Source: Bugula neritina
Lineage: Eukaryota; Animalia; Bryozoa
DNA length: 64,000 bases
NCBI GenBank assembly: GCA_964035545.1
Contig: OZ037768.1
Coordinates: forward strand, 3,070,741-3,134,740
Direction: 5' to 3'
Below the pieces are notes generated by a model. It was not told the DNA's origin. It worked only from the letters and a program-made list of their open reading frames with translations, and ran no database searches. Below, piece by piece: positions 41,392-53,851 of this stretch. Each line of letters opens with the position of its first letter. Within the stretch, counting starts at the first letter, position 1. The translations under genes were made by a program, and so were the position numbers.

Positions 41392-42120
41392 GTGTTAGAA
41401 CTATCTATTAGTGGTTTATGTTTACAGTTTAATAGGAGAATTACGCAATGTAGCATAAAAGCATTATTTAAATAGAATATTTTCTTATGGTGGTTGTTAT
41501 ATTAATGGCAATACAATTTACCATTTATATTTTTTGTATCGCAAACAAATATTGGCTCATGTCTTACTTCCTATGATTACTAGTTTTAACTTGTTAATTA
41601 TTATTTTATTGTTATAATTAAATTCCATAATTAATAATAATACATATTCATATAATAATGTAGTTGTGGTTAAATTTTTATGAAATCTGTACAGGAACAT
41701 TTTACTTTATGACAATAATAAAACTGTATTATAATACTACATCCAATCATTTTCAAGTTGTAAATTAGACAAAATGTTCAACAGTTCCTATCAGTACTAA
41801 CAATATTCAGTGATGTATTATATGCATGATAAGGGAAATAGGGAAGTCTTGTAGATTGTTTTGTACAAACTTCTACCTTAGCTAAATCAATAAATGTATT
41901 TTAGTTACAAACACACAACATAATCATCTTATAAAACACTGAACCTTCAGTGCACTGCATCTATCTAACCAGTTGTTGCTACACACGAAAGGAACTGACA
42001 AAATGACTTATTGATTTTTGTGAGCTGATGATTAGGTATATAATGCAGAGAAGATTAAACTATCTCCACTTCTATTGGAAAAGTCAGCCTGTTGCACCAA
42101 GACTTACATCTTACACCTAA

Positions 42121-42846
42121 ATGAAGAGCCGTAAGTTTCTAGTCTTATATGATTTGAAAACCTAAAGAAATTGTATTTTAGATAACTATTGCAAAGAAAA
42201 CTTATAGTTGGTCACAAATGTCTGTGTTTTTTTAGAGCACGCAGGTATGGTGAGCAGTAGCCACACGCTGACTGAAAATTGTACCTCATCTACTGATGGT
42301 TTGGATATGATTGACATATTCATAAAAGAGTTGAAAAACTGTTTAGACAGCTTGCAAGCAGACGATGAGTTTGGTGAAAGATTTGATATGCGAGACGCTG
42401 CCTCTACAGTCAATGATGGAGCTAGTGAGGACACTGTAAGCTATAAGTGGCTAGCTGACCTTCACCCTTTACACAGGTCGTCCAAGTACATGCTGGATGA
42501 TATTACAATATCCGAAATCACAGACATATGTCGAAAGATAGATGAGAAAGAGATTGAGACGATGCTGAAAGAAATGCAATATCAAGTAACATTATGTAAC
42601 AGTCCAAATCAGTTGCTGTCTCAGGTGAAACATATGCTGTCGGAGAATCTGGTACAGCATGTCAGCGCTGCCAACAGCGACAGAAGCACACCAAACGGTT
42701 CACCCCGTAGACCAAGTGTGTCCGGAATGCTCAACGCTCTCAAAACTTTCAAACGTAACAGAGCGACAGCGCACGCCTCTGTCGCTGCCTCAACTACCGC
42801 ACATGTTCAAAACTTTGACATTGAGGCTAGGCAGAGCACAGTTTAA
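42121..42846 (+). CDS. RD3: RD3 (retinal degeneration 3)-family protein, about 206 aa
   Basis: join(42121..42130,42236..42846) is in frame (C|GTAAGT ... TTTTTAG|); an alternative start is ATG 42247 (199 aa). Collinear matches to vertebrate RD3 as recalled: IDIFIKEL~LETLMMEL, VSYKWLA~VDYSWLA, SKYML~STYDL, EITDICRKI~QLEDVCVKI, VKHMLSENL~FRSVLQEVL, LKTFKR~LATFKT. The length is similar. Confidence 0.72.
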
Positions 42847-43084
42847 ACTGCTACATGCTGATATCTATAGCACTATAATGCTGTTTTATATACTTATATC
42901 TTGTAACTATGTACTATATACTTGTATAAGACTGTAGTTTTAGAGCAACCAATTTGTATTACTGTAACTTTTTAAATGCGTGTAAACTGTAACAGTTTCA
43001 TGTGCATTTACCAGTCTACTTTTATATGCAGTAGTTTTATATTATGATGAAGTTGAACCTGATTATTATCACAGTGAGAATTGG

Positions 43085-43156
43085 AATAAAAATATGGTGT
43101 AATACAAATTTAAATAAACTAAATATATTAGAATGTATAAAAAGTGTATTTTTATT
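43085..43156. terminator. Convergent polyadenylation signals
   Basis: + strand AATAAA at 43085-43090 and 43113-43118; - strand AATAAA (TTTATT) at 43151-43156. Confidence 0.45.
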
Positions 43157-43911
43157 TATATACAAATTTTGGATAAAATTAAAGTCACTAAAAACACGAT
43201 CTTTACAAAACAATAATATTCAACAGATAACAAGGATATTTAACAGGTAATAACATAGCTGAGTTAAATCATTTACTAAATCTACACTTCAAAAAATATT
43301 ACAGTTAATATTAATTTTATTCGTATAATTCTTAGAATAAAAACGACAAAAAGCACAATTGGCATATGAGGTGTTTTAAAGCATACTTATAATTTAAAAA
43401 AAAACTTATGCTATCAACTGCATCCAGTATATTAGATCATACTTTGAATAGAGTTACAAAGATTCGTAAAAATATAATGAATACACTGTATGTTTGAACA
43501 GCGGGAAAACGTAAGCCCTTGTCAATGGCAGATCTAGTTTAACAATGCTGATAAGTACAATAATGATACACTTGATAATGATAAGCAAAGAAAGATTGTC
43601 AAAATTATGAATTTGTAGAACCATATAAAGAAAAGACTACATAGAACAGTTAGCTACAAAAACACATAAATTACAACTTGATTAGAAACATTCGATGCCA
43701 AATGGCAAAATAGTGTTTTTCAAATTAATTGACTGTACAAAAGTTTGCATAGAAAACACAACTCCTAGATTAAGAATATGGAGCTCCTCTAGTAATAGTT
43801 ATTAACATCTAAATCAGTCCCCAGTAGAGTTGCATCAAATTTAATGAAACATTTGTTATACAGAGGTAATTAGATACTCAATATAGTCTATAATACTACT
43901 GAACCAGTTAT

Positions 43912-44218
43912 AGTACTGAGTCAGTTAGTACTGAGTAGTACTGAGTCAGTTAGTACTGAGTAGTACTGAGTCAGTTAGTACTGAGTAGTACTGAGTCAGT
44001 TAGTACTGAGTAGTACTGAGTCAATTAGTACTGAGTAGTACTGAGTCAGTTAGTACTGAGTAGTACTGAGTCAGTTAGTACTGAGTAGTACTGAGTCAGT
44101 TAGTACTGAGTAGTACTGAGTCAGTTAGTACTGAGTCAGTTAGTACTGAGTAGTACTGAGTCAGTTAGTACTGAGTCAGTTAGTATACTGAGTAGTACTG
44201 AGTCAGTTAGTACTGAGT
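43912..44218. repeat. 25-bp minisatellite (AGTACTGAGTAGTACTGAGTCAGTT)n in the PRRT-like 3' UTR
   Basis: The tandem units are built from 10-bp and 15-bp sub-units sharing AGTACTGAGT; the array starts about 15 nt past the stop codon at 44234. Confidence 0.95.
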
Positions 44219-44233
44219 CTATCAGCTGCAGAG

Positions 44234-47200
44234 TTACACATCCGCTAAAAGTCCACTCATTTCATCCTCCAAGCTGGTCTCCAACTCTGGACTCATTTGA
44301 CTAACTTTGTCCAGTGACTGCTCACTCCACCTGACGTCACATGAATTGAGGGGAGCCAACTCCAAATGATATTTGTCACCACCATCTACAGTATCAGTAT
44401 TGCTGTTGGTTTGAAGTTGGTTTGGGTGCATCCCTTTGTGATTGTCTTTGCTGTTTGAACTACAAAACATACAAAGTTTTACATATTTGCCAAAATACAT
44501 CAGCATAACATAATCATCATGCTAGATGTAGTAGTTAACCATTTTACTTTAGTGCTTAAGGAATTATTTACTCTTTAAATAATATTGCAGCAAGGAAAAA
44601 TAACTCCAGAGTTAATGCTTGATCATCACAGCACTTTTTGTCTTAGGTTTGCAAGTGTGTATATATATAGCTCTTTCATAGCAGTTAGCTTGAAAGCAGT
44701 GCCATGCAGCTAGGAGCCAAAACCAGGAGTGGTGCTGTAATGCTTACAGCATGTAGCGGTGGAGAAGGAAAGAAAGGAAGTTTCTAGGTCGGTAAATGAT
44801 AAATATTGCTGCAGGACAAAGATTTTTTACACTGTTAATCCGCATCAAAATGAGCAAAAAGGAATAAAAAATATAAATATACACTGCCATTTCGTTGCTT
44901 AGCAACCACAACAGCAAAGTTCTACAGTATTAAATAAGCATAGTGGAGTATGCATGCCGCAGTTGTCTTTCCTTGTCCCTTGTTAACAAGCAAGCATAGA
45001 CATTAATAACTAGAATATAATTGTACCGTTCACTATATTATGTCTATGACTCTCACTGTGACTGTGTGTGAACTGGTTAATAGAGAATAGGCTGAGAAAT
45101 ATGGACAGACAGGTACCTCAGCCCCAGCTATATACATGCTATGTAGTCTAGAGGCCTACACTGCAGGCGATAGTACGTAACACTCTAGTTATATTACCAA
45201 TGATTGTATGCGGCATGCATGGATAACCGTATGCATGCCTTGTGCTGGCGGGCTGACTGCGCAAGTCACATGGGGGTTATGTACTCCAGGTCACTAACAA
45301 TCCTGCATCCAGTAAAATTCAATGAATAAATACCCTACACTACAGTGCTATAGGCTGAGAGTATGCAGTACTATAGGCTGAGAGTATGCAGTACTATAGA
45401 CTGAGGGCACATAGAGCATTCAGCTCTCGGGCAGCATGGTGGCAGCACCAGAAATAATAAACTACTGAAAGTCAGCAATAAAAGTAACAGCTAGTAGCTC
45501 TGGGAATGACTGAGTGAAGAACAAAACAAACGAAATACTTCAGCAGCATAAGCACAGGGCTAAACAAAATGGATGGCAAAACAACATGAAATAATATTCT
45601 GTTGAAAAAAAATTATTGAGTGCCCCACTTGGGGCACAATGACAAATCTGTCGCAGGAATAAAGTAAACAGTCGAGCTAATTGTTACCTTCAAATCCTTA
45701 TTTTTTATATTAAAGAAAGGTGGAGCCCTAATGCAGACATATCTCAATTATAATGGGAAATTTTAGAGTCGTACTTGAGTCTATCGGCGCTTGAAAACAG
45801 AAGCCCATTGTTGTCCGACTTGAACGAGACTAGAGTTGCCTTCCCTAACATTGGTGAAGGAGATTGAGGGGATTCCAAGCTAAGAGCGAGACCGTCGCCC
45901 TTTTCGTCGTAGTTGTGTGCTGAGGGGTTGACCAACTCTTGGGTAGGCAGATTCATGTTGCCCACCCCCTTACGCTTCAACGAATACTCCCCCTCGGACT
46001 GTAGCTGGCTCCACTCCACATCCGAGTACCGCTGCTCCTGTGTAACAAACACCGAGTATGTTAAGAGCGAAACTCACAATGCAAGTGGGTCATTTTATTT
46101 AATTTAACAAACACTCAAAACCTTCAGTTTTCAGCTATTTTTCAAAATTTAGCAATATAGCATCATGGTCTGCTAATCAAAATTAGATAAATAATTAAGA
46201 AAAAACATGGGAAATTAAGCAAAATTAAAAAGAGCCTTGATTATTTAGTTGTATTTCTTAATTTTTTATTAGTTTAGAGCAAAAACCCATATAGATTAGC
46301 AGCTAAATTGTGAAAAGTAGCTAAAAACTGGAGATTTCGAGTGTGTACTAAATTAAGTAAAAAGACCCAAGTAGATTTAATATAAAAATAAACAACTGTA
46401 ACACTAGAAATGCACAACACAAACATTGTAGTTGTTGGCTAAGGATGGTGTACCAACATTAGACACCACACCTCCTTGACAGCAATATTTACATATTTTG
46501 GCAGGTGTCAAAACTGGACAGTAAAATCTATTAATGCAGACATAAGTTTCACTGTATAATCACGGATGTGAGGCCCAACATGGAAATCTCTCATTCTCAT
46601 CCAGCACCTGTGAAGGCAAAACTTCAGTTGCCAATTCATTGTCCTGTTTTCTGATATGCTAATATAATTTGTGAATGCTTCACAAATATTAATGAGCAAA
46701 ACCTTTTTTCGAGAACTCCATAAATCATTTACTAAATGAGCCAGAAAAATTGGGGCATCTTCATTATTTTTCTATTTAAGATTTTCTATTTAAGACCCAC
46801 TCCTTTCCATGAATCATAAATTACTGTGTAACCTATTTTTGTGGGAGGTGCAGGGGGAGGGGCTAGTGGTTTGAACCCTTGACCTAGTGAATACCAGGCC
46901 AAGGGTTCAAACCCCAGCAGGCTAGTAGTGATGTCAGAGAGCATTTCATCATAATCGCACCTGTGCTATATGCCTATATGAAGTAACTTCACGCACAAGA
47001 GAGTATAAAATAGATGATTGTCTCACCCTGGTACACCAGCTCCAACAGGGGGCGCAGTAAAAGAAACACCCAGCACAAGCATGGGACTTCTCATCTGTAC
47101 CTCCAGACGAAAAAGAATTATACTTGGTAGGGGCTGTATACCTGAAACAGAAAGGTGTATGTTATACAGATATATATGCTAAATACAGATATATATGATA

Positions 47201-47248
47201 ATACAGGTATATATATGCTAAATACAGGTATATATATGACAACACAGG

Positions 47249-47329
<81 letters not shown>

Positions 47330-50300
47330 CAATACAGGTATATATATATGACAATACAGGTACATATGATAAATTATTTTATAAAAACTGATTTATAAAC
47401 TTTTAAAGTCAATACTTAATTATTCTGCCTACTATATGCCAAGCTGGTCATTTGATAACAAGGAGTTATTTTTCCATTTTTCTAAGCAAACCAACTTACA
47501 AAAAGGTAAAACAAGGCTTCAACTTCAAAATGGAGAAGTTGTGAAACAATATAAGTATTCGGGTGGCGCTGCACCTTTTTTAACCACAGGAATTACAAAT
47601 AACAAGAACTCAATAACATGCTGTGTAGTTTAAAATATTTCCAAGCGGATTTGGTTGGCTCAGAATATGCAAATAGCTAGTCTGGGTATGATGACATGTG
47701 ATGGAATGTTGCAGGTTGGTACAGATTGAAAACTCCAGTAGCAACTGCTGCAGAAGAATTTGTAGGGTAGCTGATGCTTTTATATAATAATGAGAAATGA
47801 CAACACTGTACGTGTAACAACAGCCATAAATCTTGTCACTTTGGGTGGGGGCCTGACACTTGAACAAATGGCTAAATTATAAGTCGACCAAGTTGTAAAT
47901 TTAGCCCATGCAATATGCATGAGTCTCAATTTAGTTTAATAGCAGGCATATTTCTCTTATCCTAGTTTTACTGTTTTGATGCATTTTTACCAAAAATAAT
48001 TACATAGAAATTTCCCCATCACAAAATTAGCACGTAAGCAATGTTACATAGATCATTAGGTAGAACTATAAAACATGTACGGAATACACCAAACCCTTCC
48101 CTATGTGCCAAGCTGCGCGTTGGGCTGCATATAGGAGGGGAGTGGCAAGGCGCAATGATTAGCGTTTCCTGTTTTATTGCTTAAATAATGTATAAAATAA
48201 TTATCGGGATTTTAAACAATTACCAGCTATTAGCATATTTTGCCTCCATCTAACATTGCTGTAAGATAATTCAGAGTTATGCTATCATTAGCTAATATTG
48301 CTATACCACCTTGTTATTACCTGAAGCTAGCAAACTAGGCGAAACCAGTTTATCTTATTTTGCTAATAAAATAAACTGGAAGATATTTAAATGTTCAGCA
48401 AAATACCACCACGAATAGACAGCCCTGTGTTTGGCCAGTTCAAACAAACTATGATGTCACATGTACAGTGACAGTCCCTAAAACCTAACCACACCTTGGC
48501 TAAAGTTATATTAAGTTACAATTATATAAAAACATGTTAAATCACACCCATGATTCAGCACAATTATTTCATGACTAATCATCAAACCAATGCTTTCTCT
48601 CCCCTGACATCTTTTACATATACTCGGAAGTTTATTCTTTAATGGTTTTAACTCATTCATGTCATCAATTATACTGAAACATTTAAAATTCATTATTTCA
48701 TTAAAATGATGTGGTTTTCAGATTACCTCCCTTCCCTCCGAAGTTCATACACCTTGTACATCCTTACTTGAATGGATGCTGGTATTTATAATATAACTCA
48801 TCCTTCCTATGTACCAGCAGAAACTAATATAAATTCTAATTAAACATTTTCATTAAAATTTTCATGAATTGGAAAATTTTCTGAAAATGCAAAACTGACG
48901 AAACATGTCATACAGAGAGTTCAAGATTTCCCTAGCTGACCTCTAAGTCATCATGTAGTCTGGATACGACGCAACGCATGATCTCAAATTGTACTGCATT
49001 ATAACATTAATTATTATAATATTATATTAAGATTATATAATATTATATTATTATTAGATCACATTATATTATAGACTATAAAATATTTTGTTATATTATA
49101 TCATGCTGTATATTTTATTCTAATAAAAGTGACATAGAGTAGTAATTAGAATTCATATATTCATACAATCTGTTATGGAATTACAGTAAAGTGATTAGGC
49201 AGTCAAAACTGTAACAACTTGCTATTTCTAAGGTGATACCAAGTTACACTACAACATTGTGCCCCCCCCCATGTGTAAAAACTATTAGTTTGGAGTTTTG
49301 AGTGGGAGAAGCGGCTGTTTTATTTAGTGGATAGACAACTCCTAGATATATTTATTCTCCGCTATCAAGATCTTAGTGACTTGTGAATTGTCAAAATGCT
49401 ACAACTTTCCTCAAAATATCAACAACTAAAGACAGCCAACGAATGACATTTCAGAGATGAAATGAGATAGTGAAACGAGATGAAATTGTGTGTAGGAGAG
49501 ACAAAGAGACAGACACTAGTTAAAGTAATATTGTGTAATAAGAGCTAGCATTACTATAGTTACTATCTAAGCAAGGTGTGTGTGTCATGTTTTAACATGA
49601 CATAAAATGTTTAGTAGGAAATTAGTACCCATCCTACTAGTAAATATCTATTTCACAGTTCCAGGTAGCAGCGCTTTGGGAACACACGTGTATGTATAGC
49701 AGCACCATCTTTAGGTAAACGTGCAGAATTGCAGTTTTTTTTAAACAGCTTAAGTTTACTCAGAATTCGGTAACTTGGGAAGTTGTCTGACTGTGAAATG
49801 ACATAATCCAAAAACCACCAAACCAAAACTACAAGCCCAGGCAGAGCAAAGACCTACATCTCTAAATCTACAGCTCATTTGCATGTTTGTTAATCTAATA
49901 AATCCATAACTCAGATGAGAATGTTAAACAAGCAGCGACAGCATTTCATAGACAGCAGCTGATAGAATTTCGCTGGCTTTGGAATAGTAAATAGTCTAAC
50001 CAACAGTAACCACCAGCTCTGTTTGGAACTTTCAGGAAAAACGTTTCTCAGCTTTAGATCTAAACCTACAAGGAAGTGACTCAGAATATAAACCCCCCAC
50101 CCCAATCTCACCCCCCCCCCACCACTCAGACGACAGCCAAGGTTAGCCTAGTATTCTATATTAAAGACTTACCTGAAAGGTTGGGTAGCCACGTAGCCCA
50201 CAGTTATACATATTGCCAGCTCTAAAGTACGAAAGGCTGTGTGGTACCCCCACCATCTCCAAGGCTCCGGTGTCTTGTCACTCACAAACACACCGTACAC

Positions 50301-52897
50301 GTCTGCCATGCCGTACACTAGTAGAACAACAGTGAGTAGCCCTAGTATGGATGAGATGAGTGTGACTATGGTCCCTAGGCTAAGTGTGAGTTTGTGGTGC
50401 TCAGGCTTGCCCTTGACACTGGCAGTAGCACTGAGTTTCCTTGAAGTATACAAGTTCATCTGCGTTTGCCGGTCTTTAGCCGCTTTATACAGACGTCCAA
50501 ATATGTACATGAAGCCAACGAAAAGAAAGAGACCCCAGACGATGTAGAATATCTGGCATACGAAGAGAATGATTCTGGCGTCGAGATGGAAGACGGTGAG
50601 TACGTCTGCGGTGATGGCAAGGATGAAGTGTACCAGTATAACGCCAATTATGACGCGGGGCTTCTGTATGGAGGGGGATATGAACTTCATACGGGTGGCG
50701 GCTAGCAGAGAGAGGAAGAGCAGACTAAATGTGGAAGTGACGCAGGGGAGGAAAGTAGTGTAGAGCATGTAGGATACGATAGGGGGGAACCGCTGGTGAG
50801 TGTTATAGCCATCCACTAGTAGATATACAGAACGTACAGTCCCCATCAGGAATACCAGGAGATTCAGAGATATGAAGTACTTCTGACTGAGTAGATGTTT
50901 TTTCTTCCAGAGGCGAATGATGCTGAACAGTGAATAGAGGGCCACAACTCCAAATGCTACTCCAAATAAATATATGTGCACCTACAAGAAGAAAGTTAGA
51001 GTACATTAAAATGGGTACATGAGCTACAGCTAGCGGTCATACACGTATGAGTGATGTGATGTTGCATTACAATTACAATGATAAATGTATTTTTTTTATT
51101 TAAACACAATTTATAGTGTTTTGACAACATAAATTGGCACCACTTGAAATTATGTAAATACATCAATCACCAAGCATGAGTAGACAGATATAAAATGGTC
51201 ATTGTTTGCAATAAAAACTCTAAAAAAAGTTTATAACTGGCTCTCTTCTCTGATAACCTGTCATGAGGCAGATGAAATTTCACCTACACTCGGCTTCCTG
51301 GAAATTCAAACCGGCTTACAAACCATGACTCAACAACACCTGTGTACTGGGGTGTAGGGATACAGACATGGCGTGAGAGAGTGAGTGAGTGAGTGAGTGA
51401 GTGAGTGAGTGAGTGAGTGAGTGAGTGAGTGAGAGAGTGAGTTAGTAAGTGAGTGAGTGAGTGAGTTAGTAAGTGAGTGAGTGAGTGAGTAATTCAGTGA
51501 GTTAGTGATTTAGTAAGTAAAGGAAAAAGGTGAGTGAGACTGAGAGTGGGTGAGACTGAGAGTGAGTGAGACTGAGAGTGAGTGAGACTGAGAGTGGGTG
51601 AGACTGAGAGTGAGTGAGACTGAGAGTGGGTGAGACTGAGAGTGGGTAAGACTGAGAGTGGGTGAGACTGAGAGTGAGTGGGACTGAGTGAGTGATCTAA
51701 ATAGCAACAAAGATGCAACTTCTAGCTTTATTGTCCGATTAGAGACCAGAAAAGATGATGTCAGACATAGCAAAACAGTAATGCTGCCAGAAAACTGTCT
51801 GCTGCTTGAATAGGAGGTCACACTATAGATGTTATTGCGAACCCAACAAGTTATTCCATATCCAGAATCCACAGTCACAACCAACAGTAGTTGTTTGGCA
51901 TAAAGTTTAGTCACATGACCACAGAACATTATAAAACATTGGTGATTCATATTCCAGTTATGAATTATTTACATTCAACTCAACTCAAGAGATAATGTTA
52001 CTGTAGTAACTCTACTGAGACGCATCATACAACTAGTCAATGTGAACCTGTGGGATTTAGTTTCAGTTTATGTAAATTGATTGATTAAATCTCAGCCAAG
52101 TTTAGAGCAGGTAAAGGTATGAAACCCACCACCTTTAATATCACACGCACACTCCAGACCGCCCATGCATCCTAGACCACCCATGCACCCCCAGACTACA
52201 CCAACACCACACAACAAACCACCCATGCACCCCAGACCACCCATGCACCCCAGACTACACCGACACCACACAACAAACCACCCATGCACCTCAAACTACC
52301 CATGCACCCCAGACCACCCATGCACCTCAGACCACCCATGCACCCCAGACCACCCATGCACCCCAGACCACCCATGCACCCCAGACCACACTGACACCAC
52401 ACAACAAAAGCAGATGAGTCACAAGTAAATGAGAGTTGACTCACCTCCCAGGCATGGCCATACAACAACTTCGCCTCCTCCCAATCAGGTTCTGGTTCAG
52501 CAAATGATGGCGATTGTTTGTCGGAATCTTCAGTTTCTGGTTCGGCCTCTGATTCAGGCTCTGGCTCACTTTCGGGCTCAGCTTCTGGTTCTGGCTCCGT
52601 CTCTGGTTCACTGGTTGTTTCCGGTTCACTGGTTGTTTCCGGTTCACTGGTTGTTTCCGGTTCGCTAGTTGTTTCTGGCTCACTGGTTGTTTCTGGCTCA
52701 CTGGTTGTATTTGGTTGAGCAGATGAACTTTTCAGCCCTCGAGAAATTGCAGGCTGTGTAGCAGGTGGTGTAGCAGGGGGTGTGGTGGTAGTTGTCTGAT
52801 TATTCCCTCCATTTGTAGTTTGTGCCGACCCTCCTTGAACAGCTAGACTGATGACTGTTAGGAGTAAAGTCAGCGCTAGACAGCGCACAACCCTCAT
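44234..52897 (-). CDS. PRRT3/4: Proline-rich transmembrane protein 3/4-like: signal peptide, mucin/acidic stalk, 7 TM segments, about 621 aa
   Basis: complement(join(44234..44459,45775..46037,47027..47141,50173..50981,52445..52897)) is all GT-AG, phase-consistent and 1866 nt. PRRT3/4 hallmarks as recalled: [47 protein letters not shown]. The N-terminus [22 protein letters not shown] looks like a signal peptide. The 45775 donor (AA|GTACGA) is the weakest junction. Confidence 0.88.
44894..44906. promoter_or_regulatory. RFX X-box-like motif GTTGCTTAGCAAC
   Basis: 13-bp near-palindrome in the last intron of the PRRT-like gene. Confidence 0.4.
46855..46970 (+). mobile_element. Degenerate copy of the tRNA-derived SINE
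   Basis: GGCTAGTGGTT...GGGTTCAAACCCCAGCA...TGATGTCAGAGAGCATT...ATAATCGCACCTGTGC aligns collinearly with the 5142-5352 element. Confidence 0.6.
47160..47368. repeat. (TA)n microsatellite embedded in about 20-bp ATATATATGACAATACAGGT repeats
   Basis: Direct inspection of the tandem structure. Confidence 0.95.
51375..51693. repeat. (GAGT)n microsatellite grading into a 16-bp (GAGACTGAGAGTG[A/G]GT)n array
   Basis: Direct inspection of the tandem structure. Confidence 0.95.
52153..52408. repeat. 18-bp C-rich minisatellite (CCAGACCACCCATGCACC)n
   Basis: About 11 copies with interspersed CACCACACAACAAA variants; it is intronic. Confidence 0.93.
52530..52708 (-). repeat. Coding repeat encoding (EPETTS)n followed by EPE[PAST] units
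   Basis: An 18-bp tandem repeat in the first coding exon of the PRRT-like gene. Confidence 0.9.
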
Positions 52898-52956
52898 ACT
52901 TCTTCTACCAAAACATAACAACTCCAGATTCAGTATTATAAAATAACACATAACTG

Positions 52957-52970
52957 GTTTCCATAGAAAC
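52957..52970. promoter_or_regulatory. RFX X-box-like motif GTTTCCATAGAAAC
   Basis: 14-bp near-palindrome 60 bp upstream of the PRRT-like ATG. Confidence 0.45.
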
Positions 52971-53688
52971 CAATATCATGGTGGTGTGTTTTTCTTTACC
53001 AAATGCTCAATTTCTAAAACTAAAACTAAAATCAGTAAGCTGTGTAACTGAGACTTGATATAAAAACACTAAACGGTGAGTAGCATAACCTAGCAAGACT
53101 CAATAAGCAAAATTGTGTTGTATGAATAAAGTATGAACTATTAAAAGAACTATATAGCAGACATAAAGTTGAACATAGCATGAAGTGTGTTGGTATGCAA
53201 GACAGCATGTGATAGAATATGAATATTCCAGGGTGAATAACATAATGTTATGCTGGCAGTCTGCAGCCTTCATTATAATAATGTTATACGGTACATGATA
53301 TGTTTTATTGTAGATTATCACCACCTAGAAATGTTGTAATGAACAATATGCAAACAAATGCCTTATTTAGAAGATTTATTACTAATTAACTCATGCAGTG
53401 AAAATCAACTTCCAAGAATAGAATATCAAAAAAGGTGTTGGCCTTTACATATCCACTACAACTATTCTCACTGCAATTTAAAGCACCGAAAAAGTTTTTT
53501 TTTTCAATAAAGTGTCAGATTCAGTAAAATATTTCTCAAAATCAGTTAGAAAAGCTATTGGAAAACTGCATTTAGGTACATGTGTGTACATTTATGTACA
53601 TAACTTCTTACCGGAGTCTTTCCCGAGCTTTGAGTGTGAAAGGCAGTGTATTATAGTACACACATATATTATAAACACATATATACCA

Positions 53689-53851
53689 TACAGAGAGTAT
53701 ATTATACTATACGCATATCACACAGAGAGTATATTATACTATACACATATCACACAGAGAGTATATTATACTATACACATATCACACAGAGAGTATATTA
53801 TACTATACACATATCACACAGAGAGTATATTATACTATACGCATATCACAC
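53689..53851. repeat. 32-bp minisatellite x5 (CAGAGAGTATATTATACTATAC[A/G]CATATCACA)
   Basis: Units start at 53691, 53723, 53755, 53787 and 53819. Confidence 0.95.

Noticed and set aside
43912-44218. CRISPR-like array (also 53689-53851, 63828-64000)
   Set aside because: These are head-to-tail repeats without unique spacers, with no cas genes and a eukaryotic context.
47118-47391. (IY)n ORFs; likewise ORFs at 51494-51950, 52092-52428, 53512-53867 and 63745-63987
   Set aside because: They are translations of micro- or minisatellites.
52196-52951. 251-aa single-exon ORF with a GGLGCM-repeat tail
   Set aside because: Only 52897-52445 is exonic; the tail reads through the GTGAGT donor into an intronic repeat.
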